From IMG/VR virus record IMGVR_UViG_3300046092_000062, positions 186,001 through 250,000 of that record: 64,000 bases of DNA, one strand, 5' to 3'. Below the pieces are notes generated by a model. It was not told the DNA's origin. It did no database searches and saw only the letters and a program-made list of their open reading frames with translations. Below are positions 34,730 to 44,191 of the stretch, piece by piece; position 1 is the stretch's first letter, and the number at the start of each line of letters is the position of its first letter. The position numbers and the translations under genes were made by a program.

Positions 34730-35670
34730 TGACAAGCCAAGTTAATCCATTCAACATTGACGGTACGTACCCTGTAGCCGGTCAAGACAACGACAGTCAA
34801 GGTTTCCGCGATAATTTTACCAATACTCGCAATAACTTTGCTTTCGTTAAAAGCGAATTAGAAGATCTGCAATCTAAAGTATTGCTTAAATCTGCACTAA
34901 ACAACACAACACTAGACAACGATCTGAGCGCCAGTGGTACCACATTGAACCATGCTCAGTTAACTGCATTTAGCGAAACATTTTATAACAATGGTTCGTT
35001 GCTAGGCAGTCAAACCATTGACTACAACCAAGGTAACTACCAACGTATTACTACTGGTGGTAGCTTAACAGTTGGTTTTAACAACTGGCCAGCAACCGGC
35101 GTTATGGGACGTTTGATCCTTTGGGTTAGCGTTACTAGCACTGCATATACACTAACTTTGCCAGCACAAGTTACCCTAGGTTTCCCAACTGAAATCGCAG
35201 GAGACGTTGCTAACGTTATTACATTTGATGCAACTGGCGATTATTTGTACGAGTTTATTAGTAGCGACAACGGTGCTAACTTCTTTGTTGTTGATATGAC
35301 CCGCGATGCAAGCAAAGTACACGGTAACTTAACAGTTACTGGCAACTTAATCACTAACAGTGGTCGCATCGAATCCGGATACCAATACAGTGCTGCCACT
35401 AACGGCTTCCAACTTACTGCAAGCCCAGCAGTGTCTCGTGTGATCTTAAATCCCGCTGGTACATTATCTAATGGTAATGTTACACTACCATCTGGTAACG
35501 TCGACGCTAGAACCATTAGCATTAGTTCAACCGAAACTATTACAGCATTCGCAGTTAACGGCAATACCGGAACCAGCGTTAAACCTAGTGGCAACATTAC
35601 TTTGACTGCTGGTACTCAAGTTAGTTACTTCTTCCATGCAAGCCAGTCTACTTGGTATAAGATTTCTTAA
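34729..35670 (+). CDS. virion structural protein
   Basis: YPVAGQDNDSQGFRDNF N-terminus; beta-rich; follows tail genes. Confidence 0.65.
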   Translation: MTSQVNPFNIDGTYPVAGQDNDSQGFRDNFTNTRNNFAFVKSELEDLQSKVLLKSALNNTTLDNDLSASGTTLNHAQLTAFSETFYNNGSLLGSQTIDYNQGNYQRITTGGSLTVGFNNWPATGVMGRLILWVSVTSTAYTLTLPAQVTLGFPTEIAGDVANVITFDATGDYLYEFISSDNGANFFVVDMTRDASKVHGNLTVTGNLITNSGRIESGYQYSAATNGFQLTASPAVSRVILNPAGTLSNGNVTLPSGNVDARTISISSTETITAFAVNGNTGTSVKPSGNITLTAGTQVSYFFHASQSTWYKIS

Positions 35671-35686
35671 TTAAATACCAAACCAT

Positions 35687-35715
35687 TTGACTCCTAGATT
35701 GGGTTAGTTTATACT
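35687..35715 (+). promoter_or_regulatory. sigma70-type promoter inside hairpin
   Basis: TTGACT-17-TATACT; ACTCCTAG/CTAGGAGT inverted repeat. Confidence 0.7.
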
Positions 35716-35735
35716 AGCTTAACTAGGAGTTTTTC

Positions 35736-36149
35736 ATGACCAATCATATCGATCTAAACAAATACACACAATTCGTAAATGCTGTGACCAGCAAAGAGTC
35801 TAACAACTACGACCATTTGCAACAACGTGTTAGCGAATTGCGCGACACCACAAACGTAAACATCAGCTTGCTAATGACAGCATGTTTTGGACTTGCAGCC
35901 GAAAGCGGTGAGTTTATCGAAATCCCAAAGAAGATCCTGTTCCAAGGTAAGCCACTTACCGAAGAAAACATCTTTCACATGAAGCGCGAACTTGGTGACG
36001 TTATGTGGTATTGGGTCAACGCTTGTCGCGCTTTGAACCTAGATCCTAACGACGTCATTCAAGAAAACGTAAATAAGTTAGAGAGCCGTTACCCCGGTGG
36101 TAGCTTTGATGCTCATTACAGTGAAAATCGAAAAGACGGCGACCTTTAA
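35736..36149 (+). CDS. MazG-like nucleotide pyrophosphohydrolase
   Basis: GLAAESGEF.E..KK...ELGDVMWY...N..KL..RYP. Confidence 0.88.
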   Translation: MTNHIDLNKYTQFVNAVTSKESNNYDHLQQRVSELRDTTNVNISLLMTACFGLAAESGEFIEIPKKILFQGKPLTEENIFHMKRELGDVMWYWVNACRALNLDPNDVIQENVNKLESRYPGGSFDAHYSENRKDGDL

Positions 36150-36158
36150 GGAAGCAAT

Positions 36159-36404
36159 ATGCACCCATTAGCACCAGACTTATCAAATTTAAGTCAAGAT
36201 GAACTTTTTCAAAAGTACACTGACTTACAAAAGAGATACAACCAAGCGTGGCGTTCTGGCCCACAAAGCATTATGCCACAAATCCAAATGATGATGGACC
36301 ATTACCAAAATGAAATTAGCGAACGCAGTCGTAAGCAAATGGAAGAAATGGAAAAACGTCTCGAGGGTGGCAAAGGCTACAAAGGTATCATTGATATTTC
36401 ATGA
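36159..36404 (+). CDS. hypothetical protein
   Basis: helical 81-aa ORF. Confidence 0.75.
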   Translation: MHPLAPDLSNLSQDELFQKYTDLQKRYNQAWRSGPQSIMPQIQMMMDHYQNEISERSRKQMEEMEKRLEGGKGYKGIIDIS

Positions 36405-36916
36405 ACTACGATCAATTTGGCAGAGCGTACACAACATCAAACGAGTTAGCAGAATTGTTGTATTCTAATCCAGGATTAGACATCAGCAAGTTCTTTGTAA
36501 CCGACACTGATCAATACAACAAATGTGTTGAGAAGGTGTTTTATGCTGACATGCCAATGTTGACCTCGTACACTCCGCTGGATATGAATCCCGAAGAGTT
36601 TGATCAAATGATGCAAAGCCACTGGCACATGCCAGAGGAATACCAAACGTTAGACATAGCCCAATGGCTATTAGACCAATGTAAGTCTCAAGAAGAGCTA
36701 CAACGAGTAGGCGAAGAGTTACTGTTATACCAAGACAGGGACTTATTCAACCTACTCCGATATCTAAAATACATGGTCGATACGTTTCGAAAAAATAATA
36801 TAGTTTGGGGACTAGGTCGAGGTAGTAGTGTGGCTAGCTATGTGTTATACTTGTTAGGAGTACACAAAGTTAACAGTATCTATTATGATTTAGATATCTC
36901 TGAATTTTTAAGATAA
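36401..36916 (+). CDS. DNA polymerase III alpha (DnaE)-like fragment
   Basis: WGLGRGSSVASYVLYLLGV...DISEFL matches the DnaE GRGS helix region. Confidence 0.7.
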   Translation: MNYDQFGRAYTTSNELAELLYSNPGLDISKFFVTDTDQYNKCVEKVFYADMPMLTSYTPLDMNPEEFDQMMQSHWHMPEEYQTLDIAQWLLDQCKSQEELQRVGEELLLYQDRDLFNLLRYLKYMVDTFRKNNIVWGLGRGSSVASYVLYLLGVHKVNSIYYDLDISEFLR

Positions 36917-36925
36917 GGAAAACAA

Positions 36926-37315
36926 ATGAAAAAAGTCTATACAACTGCCCAAGGCAAACAAATCTCCATTGACAATGTACGTCTATCTAACGAGGACGTT
37001 ATTGCAGTAGGTAACATGAAAGTGAATGCCCGCGGAGATCAGTTAGGCCCCGGTGGCGTTCCAGAAGGTTCGCGCCAACAGGCGGTAAATCAATATTACA
37101 ATTTACACACACCTGTAGTAGGGGCCCCGGTGGCAATGGCACCAGGCAGTGGCGTAATTGAAAACAAGCCCGTAGTTACACCTACTCCACCAGCACCAGT
37201 GCAATCAGCTGATCCTCTTATCGACGAGCAAGATGCAGCGCCAATTGAAGCACCAAAGCTCCGTGGCAGTTTAGCTGACTCTGTTGCTAAGAAAACAGGA
37301 CCATCACGGATCTAA
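36926..37315 (+). CDS. hypothetical protein
   Basis: AAGGA SD; Pro-rich tail. Confidence 0.75.
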   Translation: MKKVYTTAQGKQISIDNVRLSNEDVIAVGNMKVNARGDQLGPGGVPEGSRQQAVNQYYNLHTPVVGAPVAMAPGSGVIENKPVVTPTPPAPVQSADPLIDEQDAAPIEAPKLRGSLADSVAKKTGPSRI

Positions 37316-37317
37316 TT

Positions 37318-37746
37318 ATGGCAAGAGAAGAAAAGTTATTTGAACGTACTGGCAAATTAGCTGCTACTAACCAAGTGCCCGGCATCCGTGCTATCCATGA
37401 TCACGTTATTGTAACTGATATGGATTTTGCAGGACGTAGATTGTCGAGCGGTATTTGGATGCTCAATGATGACGGCAAAAGCGAAGGTATTCGACCTCGC
37501 TGGGGCAAAGTCTATAAAGTAGGCCCGGACCAAGTTGATGTTAAAGTCGGACAATGGGTTTACGTCGAACACGGACGTTGGACACGTGGTCTTGAAATTG
37601 ATATTGACGGTAACGAGTTTACAGTTCGTCGTGTTGATCCCAAGTGCATTATCTTTGTACAAGACGAAGAACCCACTGCCGATGATACTATTTCAACTGC
37701 GGTGTCAGGCGAGAAGAAAACTAGAGAAAACTGGGCAGAGCAATAA
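37318..37746 (+). CDS. divergent GroES-like co-chaperonin
   Basis: IRAIHDHVIV, SGI, V.KVGP, VKVGQWV. Confidence 0.7.
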   Translation: MAREEKLFERTGKLAATNQVPGIRAIHDHVIVTDMDFAGRRLSSGIWMLNDDGKSEGIRPRWGKVYKVGPDQVDVKVGQWVYVEHGRWTRGLEIDIDGNEFTVRRVDPKCIIFVQDEEPTADDTISTAVSGEKKTRENWAEQ

Positions 37747-37748
37747 TC

Positions 37749-37925
37749 ATGAATCAAATTGAAATTCAACCAAAAGACCCCAGTAAAGGTCATTTTTATG
37801 TTAGCCTCATTAAGAGCGTACTACGCATTGGTGCAGGGGTATCGTTAATTATGGTGGGCTTCCCCGAAGCAGGGACATTGTTCATCGTCGCTGAATGTTT
37901 AGGAATTTTAGAGGAGTTAGTATAA
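37749..37925 (+). CDS. small membrane protein (58 aa, not in track)
   Basis: hand translation MNQIEIQPKDPSKGHFYVSLIKS...LGILEELV. Confidence 0.65.
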   Translation: MNQIEIQPKDPSKGHFYVSLIKSVLRIGAGVSLIMVGFPEAGTLFIVAECLGILEELV

Positions 37926-38137
37926 TGGATATGGATGTAGCAGCAGTATTTTTAGCATCAAGCGTTTTAATCGGTATGGGCGCGATTGCCATTGGCATTA
38001 CCATCATTGTGATGAACAACTTGTTTGCAAAATATTGGAAGCCAGTGCAGTGGAGCATTATTCCCGAAGCACTGCGTATGCCACCAACACGATTTGCTGA
38101 GCCACACGAGGTTCACGAACAGAAGGACCCAAAATGA
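37925..38137 (+). CDS. small membrane protein
   Basis: single long TM helix. Confidence 0.65.
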   Translation: MDMDVAAVFLASSVLIGMGAIAIGITIIVMNNLFAKYWKPVQWSIIPEALRMPPTRFAEPHEVHEQKDPK

Positions 38138-38427
38138 GCGACGGTGGTAAGGGCAGTAACCCTCGCCCGTTTAGCGTAAGTCAGCAAGAGTTCGGTGCAA
38201 GTCATGAGCAGGCGTTTGGCGAAAAGAAGCGTTGGTATTTTGACAAAACATGCGGCTGTTATCGCTGCATGGGATTAAAATATGACGATCGCGGAATGCC
38301 ACTTACAATGAGCACGTTTATTATGTGTCCAGACTGTGGTAACAAACGTTGCCCTAAGTCAACGGATCACACATTGGCCTGTACTAATAGCAACGAGCCG
38401 GGACAAGCAGGATCAAGATATGAATGA
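38134..38427 (+). CDS. Cys-rich (Zn-binding) hypothetical protein
   Basis: CGCYRC, CPDCGNKRCP, H..ACT. Confidence 0.7.
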   Translation: MSDGGKGSNPRPFSVSQQEFGASHEQAFGEKKRWYFDKTCGCYRCMGLKYDDRGMPLTMSTFIMCPDCGNKRCPKSTDHTLACTNSNEPGQAGSRYE

Positions 38428-38599
38428 ACAAATTAAAGCATTAGCAGTCCGTGCCAAGATTCAAATGTGTAGTCACGAACGCCTACAAGAGTTTGCTGAA
38501 TTGGTTATCGATGAGTGCAAAGCAGCACTAGAGAAAACAGACCCAACAACATCACAACGCGGCATTGAAGCCATTAACAGAGAGCTAGGAATCAAATGA
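38420..38599 (+). CDS. FGVE-family small protein
   Basis: MNEQIKALA...EFAELVIDEC...ELGIK. Confidence 0.75.
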   Translation: MNEQIKALAVRAKIQMCSHERLQEFAELVIDECKAALEKTDPTTSQRGIEAINRELGIK

Positions 38600-39513
38600 A
38601 AGAGCTATGGACTGAAAAGTATCGACCAAAGACTGTAGGCGACTATGTGTTTACTGATGCAAGTCAACGTAAACAAATTGAGTCTTGGATTCGCGATAAG
38701 ACTATCCCGCATCTGCTACTAAGCGGCAGTCCGGGCACAGGCAAAACAACTCTTGCTAAAGTTCTTATCAATGAACTGGGCATTGAAGACTACGATGTAC
38801 TACAGATCAACGCAAGTCGTGACAACGGCGTGGACTTTATTAAAAGCAAGGTCGAAGGCTTTGTGCAAACAATGCCATTTGGTCGCTTTAAAGTTGTGCT
38901 AATGGACGAAGCTGATTACTTGTCGCATAACGCACAGGCTATCATGCGCGGACTGTTAGAAACATACGCAAGCCAAGCACGTTTTATCTTTACATGTAAC
39001 AAGCCACACAAGATCATGGATGCACTGCATTCACGTTGCCAAGGCTTTCACATTGACAAAACAGATGAAACAGAGTTCACTGCCCGTGTTGCAACTATTC
39101 TTGTAACCGAAGGCGTCGAGTTTGACCTTGACACACTAGACAGCTATTGCAAAGCCACTTATCCAGACTTGCGTAAGTGCTTGAACTTGCTGCAAGCTAA
39201 CAGTACCGAAGGTACTCTAGACAAGCCCGGAGAAAATGATCGTGGCGTTAGAGACTGGAAACTGGATGCAGTTGAACTAATGAAGAGCGGTCGTATTCGC
39301 GAAGCTCGTCAAGCAATTATCAACAATGGCGACAACCACGAAGAGATCTTCCGTTGGATGTACGACAACTTGAACATTTGGTCTAAGACCGAATCTGGAC
39401 AAGACGAGGCAATCATTGTCATTCGCAAGGGACTTGTAAACCACAGCATGGTTGCAGATCCCGAAATCAACCTATCGGCTACACTAGTCGAATTAACACA
39501 AATTACATCATGA
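38596..39513 (+). CDS. clamp loader subunit (RFC small / T4 gp44-like)
   Basis: LWTEKYRP, GSPGTGKTT, INAS, LMDEAD, SRC, DLR. Confidence 0.92.
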   Translation: MKELWTEKYRPKTVGDYVFTDASQRKQIESWIRDKTIPHLLLSGSPGTGKTTLAKVLINELGIEDYDVLQINASRDNGVDFIKSKVEGFVQTMPFGRFKVVLMDEADYLSHNAQAIMRGLLETYASQARFIFTCNKPHKIMDALHSRCQGFHIDKTDETEFTARVATILVTEGVEFDLDTLDSYCKATYPDLRKCLNLLQANSTEGTLDKPGENDRGVRDWKLDAVELMKSGRIREARQAIINNGDNHEEIFRWMYDNLNIWSKTESGQDEAIIVIRKGLVNHSMVADPEINLSATLVELTQITS

Positions 39514-39911
39514 GCAATAAAGACATCTATCTAGTAGCATATTATGGCATGAAGCCAAAGCCAGGAGTCCGCACCAACGTTAAAGGTTGGATGGATAATA
39601 AAGACAACATTCGCTACGACGAAAAAGTTGAAATCACACGCGGTTTAAAGAACAGCGCACACACTGCAAAGATTGTGCTTAATTTCTCTAACAAGACTGT
39701 TACACGTAACGGCTTTAACGAAAATCGTGACTTCAAAGAACTGTTTAAGTATTTCTTTGCAGGATATCATCAGTACATGACTACAGTTATGAAACAGTTG
39801 GATCCAGAGTTCATGGACATTATTGTCTCAGAGCTAGAAGCCGAAATGGAAGCAGCAGACGCGGCAGCAGCGGCCGAGATTGAAAATGCCCAAGCAGTTC
39901 CAGCTGAGTGA
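39510..39911 (+). CDS. hypothetical protein
   Basis: coupled to clamp loader. Confidence 0.75.
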   Translation: MSNKDIYLVAYYGMKPKPGVRTNVKGWMDNKDNIRYDEKVEITRGLKNSAHTAKIVLNFSNKTVTRNGFNENRDFKELFKYFFAGYHQYMTTVMKQLDPEFMDIIVSELEAEMEAADAAAAAEIENAQAVPAE

Positions 39912-40212
39912 TGCAGGCGATAGGGGTTGGTTTGTAGGGCAATTTGATAAGGCTGTTTTTAAAACAGATATCTTAGAAGCTGCCTTCCAAACTAACTACC
40001 AGGGCGAGACTAGTGTGGCACATTACCACAAAATCGCCACGGAAATCAATCTAATTACGGCAGGCAAGGTTCAAATTAACGGGGAAATCTACACCGCAGG
40101 CATGGGAATTATATTCTATCCCAACGAAGTGTGTCAGTGCAGCTACTTAGAAGATACCACTACTATGGTCATCAAGGTTCCGGGACCACTTAACGATAAA
40201 TATCCTATATGA
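39880..40212 (+). CDS. cupin-like protein
   Basis: GWFVG.F, H.HKIATE, G.V..NG. Confidence 0.6.
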   Translation: MKMPKQFQLSDAGDRGWFVGQFDKAVFKTDILEAAFQTNYQGETSVAHYHKIATEINLITAGKVQINGEIYTAGMGIIFYPNEVCQCSYLEDTTTMVIKVPGPLNDKYPI

Positions 40213-40454
40213 ACCCAGCAATGCTTAGACTAATGAAGGCAAAGAAGAAGCGTCCAGTGGACCCTAATGCTCCGCCTCGTCCCAACTTATTGAGCCACGA
40301 AAAAGTCCTTAAAGACACCAAGTTAACTATGGACCAAATGGCTGCTAAAATTAATCGATTAGAACAACGACTAGAAGCTACTGAATCTAAATTACGCTAC
40401 CAAACACAATATCTATCTCAATTACACGCTAGCCTTGCTAGCAAGAAAAAGTAA
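40209..40454 (+). CDS. coiled-coil hypothetical protein
   Basis: heptad pattern. Confidence 0.7.
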   Translation: MNPAMLRLMKAKKKRPVDPNAPPRPNLLSHEKVLKDTKLTMDQMAAKINRLEQRLEATESKLRYQTQYLSQLHASLASKKK

Positions 40455-40920
40455 CATTATCGTAACATAAGGTTGGCAGGCCGGTTAAAATTCTGCTGGG
40501 TAAGCATCTGATGTGTGTGCCGATGCCCAATTCTGTCATTACGGACGGACTTCAATTCTCTACCCTTGTGATGCAAGGATGCCTTAAAACGATGCCCCTC
40601 TGCGGTAATAACGTTTGAATTGTCGGATACAGGTTGAGTGTAGCGTGAGCTAACTTAGATCCATTACGTCCATTGCACATTGACACCGAGGTGCATTAAA
40701 AATCGTAGTAGGTAGGGTAAGGTACAGAGCCCAGAGACGTGGAATCCAAAACACCTATTGTCGTTTAAACGAGAGCAACTCGGATGAAATCCTTTTGACA
40801 TCCATTTATTGGGTGTCATTCTCACTCCACAATCTGGATGAATATCTCATACATCACTTCTTACTACTTCAAACAAATGCGTTAAGCGATAGCTTATAAG
40901 CAGATGTACGCAGTACATCT
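40455..40920 (+). ncRNA. candidate large structured non-coding RNA
   Basis: about 460 nt without a credible ORF in a gene-dense genome, with many nested helices; strand not established. Confidence 0.55.
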
Positions 40921-40925
40921 TTCAT

Positions 40926-40981
40926 GTAATACAAAGTATTACATAATTTTGGTTGACCCATAAAGATTTCCTTGTTATAAT
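40926..40981 (+). promoter_or_regulatory. early promoter with palindromic box
   Basis: GTAATAC-AAA-GTATTAC; TTGACC(40953)-17-TATAAT(40976). Confidence 0.85.
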
Positions 40982-41010
40982 AAACGCATAGCAAATAATT
41001 AAGGGTTACC

Positions 41011-41184
41011 ATGAACAAATCTGATGCTGTGAGAATCTTGTTTAAACTTGCTAAACTCAAACAGGTTTGTCGTTATACCAGCATGAATATAGTGCATGTT
41101 GGGGAAGTCTGGGTTGAAGCATGGTCTAGCCCTGCAGATCTAAACACTATGCAATTAAACAATTGGACTTACCAAGTTCTCTAA
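41011..41184 (+). CDS. hypothetical protein (57 aa, not in track)
   Basis: between two early promoters; MNKSDAVRILFKL... Confidence 0.55.
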   Translation: MNKSDAVRILFKLAKLKQVCRYTSMNIVHVGEVWVEAWSSPADLNTMQLNNWTYQVL

Positions 41185-41191
41185 CCGAAAT

Positions 41192-41220
41192 TTGACCTTA
41201 AATGGTTTTGGTGCTATAAT
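41192..41220 (+). promoter_or_regulatory. early promoter
   Basis: TTGACC-17-TATAAT with TGGTTTTGGTGC spacer shared with 9030 and 9363. Confidence 0.85.
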
Positions 41221-41251
41221 ACTAGCATAGTAAGCAAAACAGGAGTTTGAT

Positions 41252-41638
41252 ATGGCCCGCGAAACAGCAGCACAGCGTAATGCACGATTTGATGCAGAAC
41301 GTGAAGCACAACGCCAACAAGAAATGGCAGCTTATCCTTCTCGTTTAATGTCGGCTCTTGAGCGTGTGAATAATCAATACGATTGGCAACTCACTGTTGT
41401 GGATGCCGTGTTCCTTGTGACTAATCCTCACAGTCGCGCCTATCACAATAAAGAATATCGTATGAGCTATGCCTACGATACAGTTTCTCAAGAGTCCTTA
41501 GAGGATCTTGAATACATGCTAACAGATTTGGAAGAAGCTCAAGCAGAAGCCAAGCGCCAATCGGCAGTCAAAGCAGAAGCTCAACGCAAAGTGCGCGAGT
41601 TGCTGAATGACGAAGAACGTGCATTGTTGGGGCTCTAA
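41252..41638 (+). CDS. hypothetical protein
   Basis: AGGAG SD. Confidence 0.75.
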   Translation: MARETAAQRNARFDAEREAQRQQEMAAYPSRLMSALERVNNQYDWQLTVVDAVFLVTNPHSRAYHNKEYRMSYAYDTVSQESLEDLEYMLTDLEEAQAEAKRQSAVKAEAQRKVRELLNDEERALLGL

Positions 41639-41642
41639 TAAC

Positions 41643-42281
41643 ATGGCAATCAACGTACTAGACACTCTTGCGCTGGCAGTAGCAGCATATCGCATCAATG
41701 GCAATCAGGTTGTCAATGCTACTACACTTGCGCAACCAGTTACCAATGCCGCTATGGTCAAAAGCCATATGCTGCATTGTACTAGCATTGAAGTGCTTAA
41801 CGAAGATCGCGTTCGCGCACAAGAGATTAAAGATGCTATTGTGCAGCAGGTTTTGTTGGCTCGCCTGACAGGTAAGGAATTAGGCAATTTTGTTGAGCGT
41901 GTGGGTTTGATTGTAGAGAAAGAATCTACAGGCCGCGGCGATGTTGGCATCATTGTTTGGATTCCCAAAATCTATGCAGACCTTCAAGCTGAGCAGAACC
42001 AAGCGCATGAGCTGACTATTAACGGGTACAGCAGCAAGTATATTGGCCGCATTGGTGACAAAGTTGAGCTGGAGTTCACTACAGTAATCAAGCGTTGGAA
42101 TAAGACTTATCTCTGCTATCGCTACACAGGACACGACAACAACGGCAATCTAGTGGGATTTTTCTGTAAGCATGAATATCCCCCAACCGTTAAATTGCGG
42201 GCCAAAGTCAAGGCACAAGAAGAAAGCAAGTTTAGTGGTGGTAAGATCACGTATCTAAACTACACAAAGGAAATAAAATGA
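41643..42281 (+). CDS. hypothetical protein, possible C-terminal OB fold
   Basis: SKYIGRIGDK.. followed by beta-rich tail. Confidence 0.7.
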   Translation: MAINVLDTLALAVAAYRINGNQVVNATTLAQPVTNAAMVKSHMLHCTSIEVLNEDRVRAQEIKDAIVQQVLLARLTGKELGNFVERVGLIVEKESTGRGDVGIIVWIPKIYADLQAEQNQAHELTINGYSSKYIGRIGDKVELEFTTVIKRWNKTYLCYRYTGHDNNGNLVGFFCKHEYPPTVKLRAKVKAQEESKFSGGKITYLNYTKEIK

Positions 42282-42496
42282 TGGCCGTATTTGGTTGGAT
42301 TTGTTTAGTGGTGTTTATGCTGTCAGCAACCGCGTCATGGTTTATTATGTGGATTTGCCACAGTGGACCTTGGACAATTGGTGGCGCAGAAAATTCGTGG
42401 GCTAGCCGTATTTCGATTAACGTTGCTGGTATTGCAGTTGCAGGACTGTGGTACTTGGTCTTTACTGAAGCTCCTTTTACATTGGCATTAAAATGA
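42278..42496 (+). CDS. membrane protein
   Basis: two TM segments. Confidence 0.7.
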   Translation: MMAVFGWICLVVFMLSATASWFIMWICHSGPWTIGGAENSWASRISINVAGIAVAGLWYLVFTEAPFTLALK

Positions 42497-42714
42497 TTCA
42501 CTTTGATTTTATTGTGGAAGATGTTGACGCTGAAAATCTCATGTGGGCTATCCGTGAATCAGCATTGCGTAATGATGAAGCCATTATGGACTACGAGGCT
42601 CGAACAGACTTAACACAAGAACAGAAAGATTCGTATATTGACTGGCTCAAAGCCAATAAAGCATATATGCTGGGCTTGATTGAAAAAATGACCAACACAC
42701 GGGTGGAAGAATGA
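42493..42714 (+). CDS. hypothetical protein
   Basis: ATGA coupled. Confidence 0.7.
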   Translation: MIHFDFIVEDVDAENLMWAIRESALRNDEAIMDYEARTDLTQEQKDSYIDWLKANKAYMLGLIEKMTNTRVEE

Positions 42715-43118
42715 TTCCAGAAGAACACAAAACAGCACTTATTACCAATGGCTTGCATTTTATGAGGGCCATTACGGAAGCCTACGGCGCAGACAAAGGA
42801 CTAGAATTGTGGGAACAGGTTACAAGTGTGCTAGATCCCGATGTTAAAGGACAAATATTCTTTGCAATGATCACTGGTCAATACAATGATCGTATCCTGT
42901 TAAAAGGCCTTACACACTATGCGACTAACAATGCAGTGGCCTGCATCAAAGAGATTCGCACGTGGACGGGCTTGGGTCTTAAAGACAGCAAAGACATTTA
43001 CGACCGCTTGCGTAATCGCACGTATGAAAGCAGTCCTAGCCAAGAGTTCATTAAGGTCGGGCCAGAGCAGTACAGTCAAGCAGTTGCGGGTCTTCGTAAC
43101 GCAGGATTTACAATATGA
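42711..43118 (+). CDS. protein with ribosomal L7/L12 C-terminal-like motif
   Basis: AVACIKEIRTWTGLGLKDSKDIYD resembles L7/L12 K..VIK.VR..TGLGLKEAK.LVE. Confidence 0.7.
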   Translation: MIPEEHKTALITNGLHFMRAITEAYGADKGLELWEQVTSVLDPDVKGQIFFAMITGQYNDRILLKGLTHYATNNAVACIKEIRTWTGLGLKDSKDIYDRLRNRTYESSPSQEFIKVGPEQYSQAVAGLRNAGFTI

Positions 43119-43477
43119 CACACAACAGAGATAAAACTTGGCGCACAGCAGATGGTCGTAGCATACCAGTTAAAGACATGACGTTGGGCCACTTGGTCAA
43201 TGTGGTTAACTGGATCCTAGACAATCCACGCAGCTACCCACCTAGCGCACTTACATTAATGGTGTCAGAAGCCAGTTTTCGACAAACTGTATTGTTTGCA
43301 GAAGGTTCTGCATACCCGCAGTTAGTTGGCAACCGCTGGAAGATTGTTGATCCAGTTACTGGTGTAACTAAGATTGAAAAGCCGCCAGAAGACTATATTG
43401 AAGCAGTTAAAGACAATCCAGCATACACAGCAATGTTCAAACGAACTCAAGAGAAACGTAAAAAGGAACGACAATGA
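43115..43477 (+). CDS. hypothetical protein
   Basis: W.TADGR.IP.KDM...HL.N pattern. Confidence 0.7.
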   Translation: MTHNRDKTWRTADGRSIPVKDMTLGHLVNVVNWILDNPRSYPPSALTLMVSEASFRQTVLFAEGSAYPQLVGNRWKIVDPVTGVTKIEKPPEDYIEAVKDNPAYTAMFKRTQEKRKKERQ

Positions 43478-43716
43478 CTGACCGTATCCAAGTACTATAC
43501 ATGCAGGCCATTGAATATGCAGATAGTGTAGTACCTGCTGAACGCCGATACAATGACATTTATTATGCGATTGCCTCTGGTAAACATGCTAAGTTAATTG
43601 TTGACGATTGTCTGGACCAGTTAGAAAAAATTAACGGTGGTTCTACTGATGAATGGGACAAAGCAGTTCGTAGTGGCATTACTACAATCAAAGAACATTT
43701 TGGAGTTGAATCATGA
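43474..43716 (+). CDS. FGVE-family small protein
   Basis: AKLIVDDC...IKEHFGVES. Confidence 0.8.
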   Translation: MTDRIQVLYMQAIEYADSVVPAERRYNDIYYAIASGKHAKLIVDDCLDQLEKINGGSTDEWDKAVRSGITTIKEHFGVES

Positions 43717-43877
43717 CAAAAGATAACATGTGGTGTATTGTGTTGGGGTTCTTTATTTTCTCAATCCTTAACACCATGCCGTTTGCTGATGCTGAAAAGT
43801 ATCGCCGGGCGAAACAAGAGTGTGAGAAATCTCTTCCCCGTGATCAACAATGTAAAATCATCGGAGTCCCAGAATGA
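43713..43877 (+). CDS. small membrane protein (54 aa, not in track)
   Basis: ATGA coupled on both sides. Confidence 0.6.
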   Translation: MTKDNMWCIVLGFFIFSILNTMPFADAEKYRRAKQECEKSLPRDQQCKIIGVPE

Positions 43878-44191
43878 ACTACGAGCACATTCTTTGGTGT
43901 AACGAAGATAACCACGACAAAGTGTGGGGCATGATTCGAATTGCAGAGGTGGACATAGTCTACAGTGGCAGCAGAGTTAATACTTACAAGTACGTGACTT
44001 TCTGGGGCCGACGTGGTAAGAAACTCCAAACGAAGATTGCCGATGCTTTCTTTATGGACGCAGAACATCAACGTGATAAAAAGCTCAAGAGGGGCTACAA
44101 GATCGTTTCCAAATCAGAACTGGATGCAGTGTATCCGGAGTTTGAAGAAGACTTAGAGAAAACAGCCGTTTGGGCTATGTTAGGAGCATAA
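43874..44191 (+). CDS. WGR-domain-like protein
   Basis: DKVW...FWGRRG...K.KRGY. Confidence 0.65.
   Translation: MNYEHILWCNEDNHDKVWGMIRIAEVDIVYSGSRVNTYKYVTFWGRRGKKLQTKIADAFFMDAEHQRDKKLKRGYKIVSKSELDAVYPEFEEDLEKTAVWAMLGA

Noticed and set aside
40455-40920. tmRNA or RNase P RNA
   Set aside because: No tRNA-Ala-like ends or TTCGA arm with CCA on either strand, and no GAGGAAAGUCC-type P4 signature.
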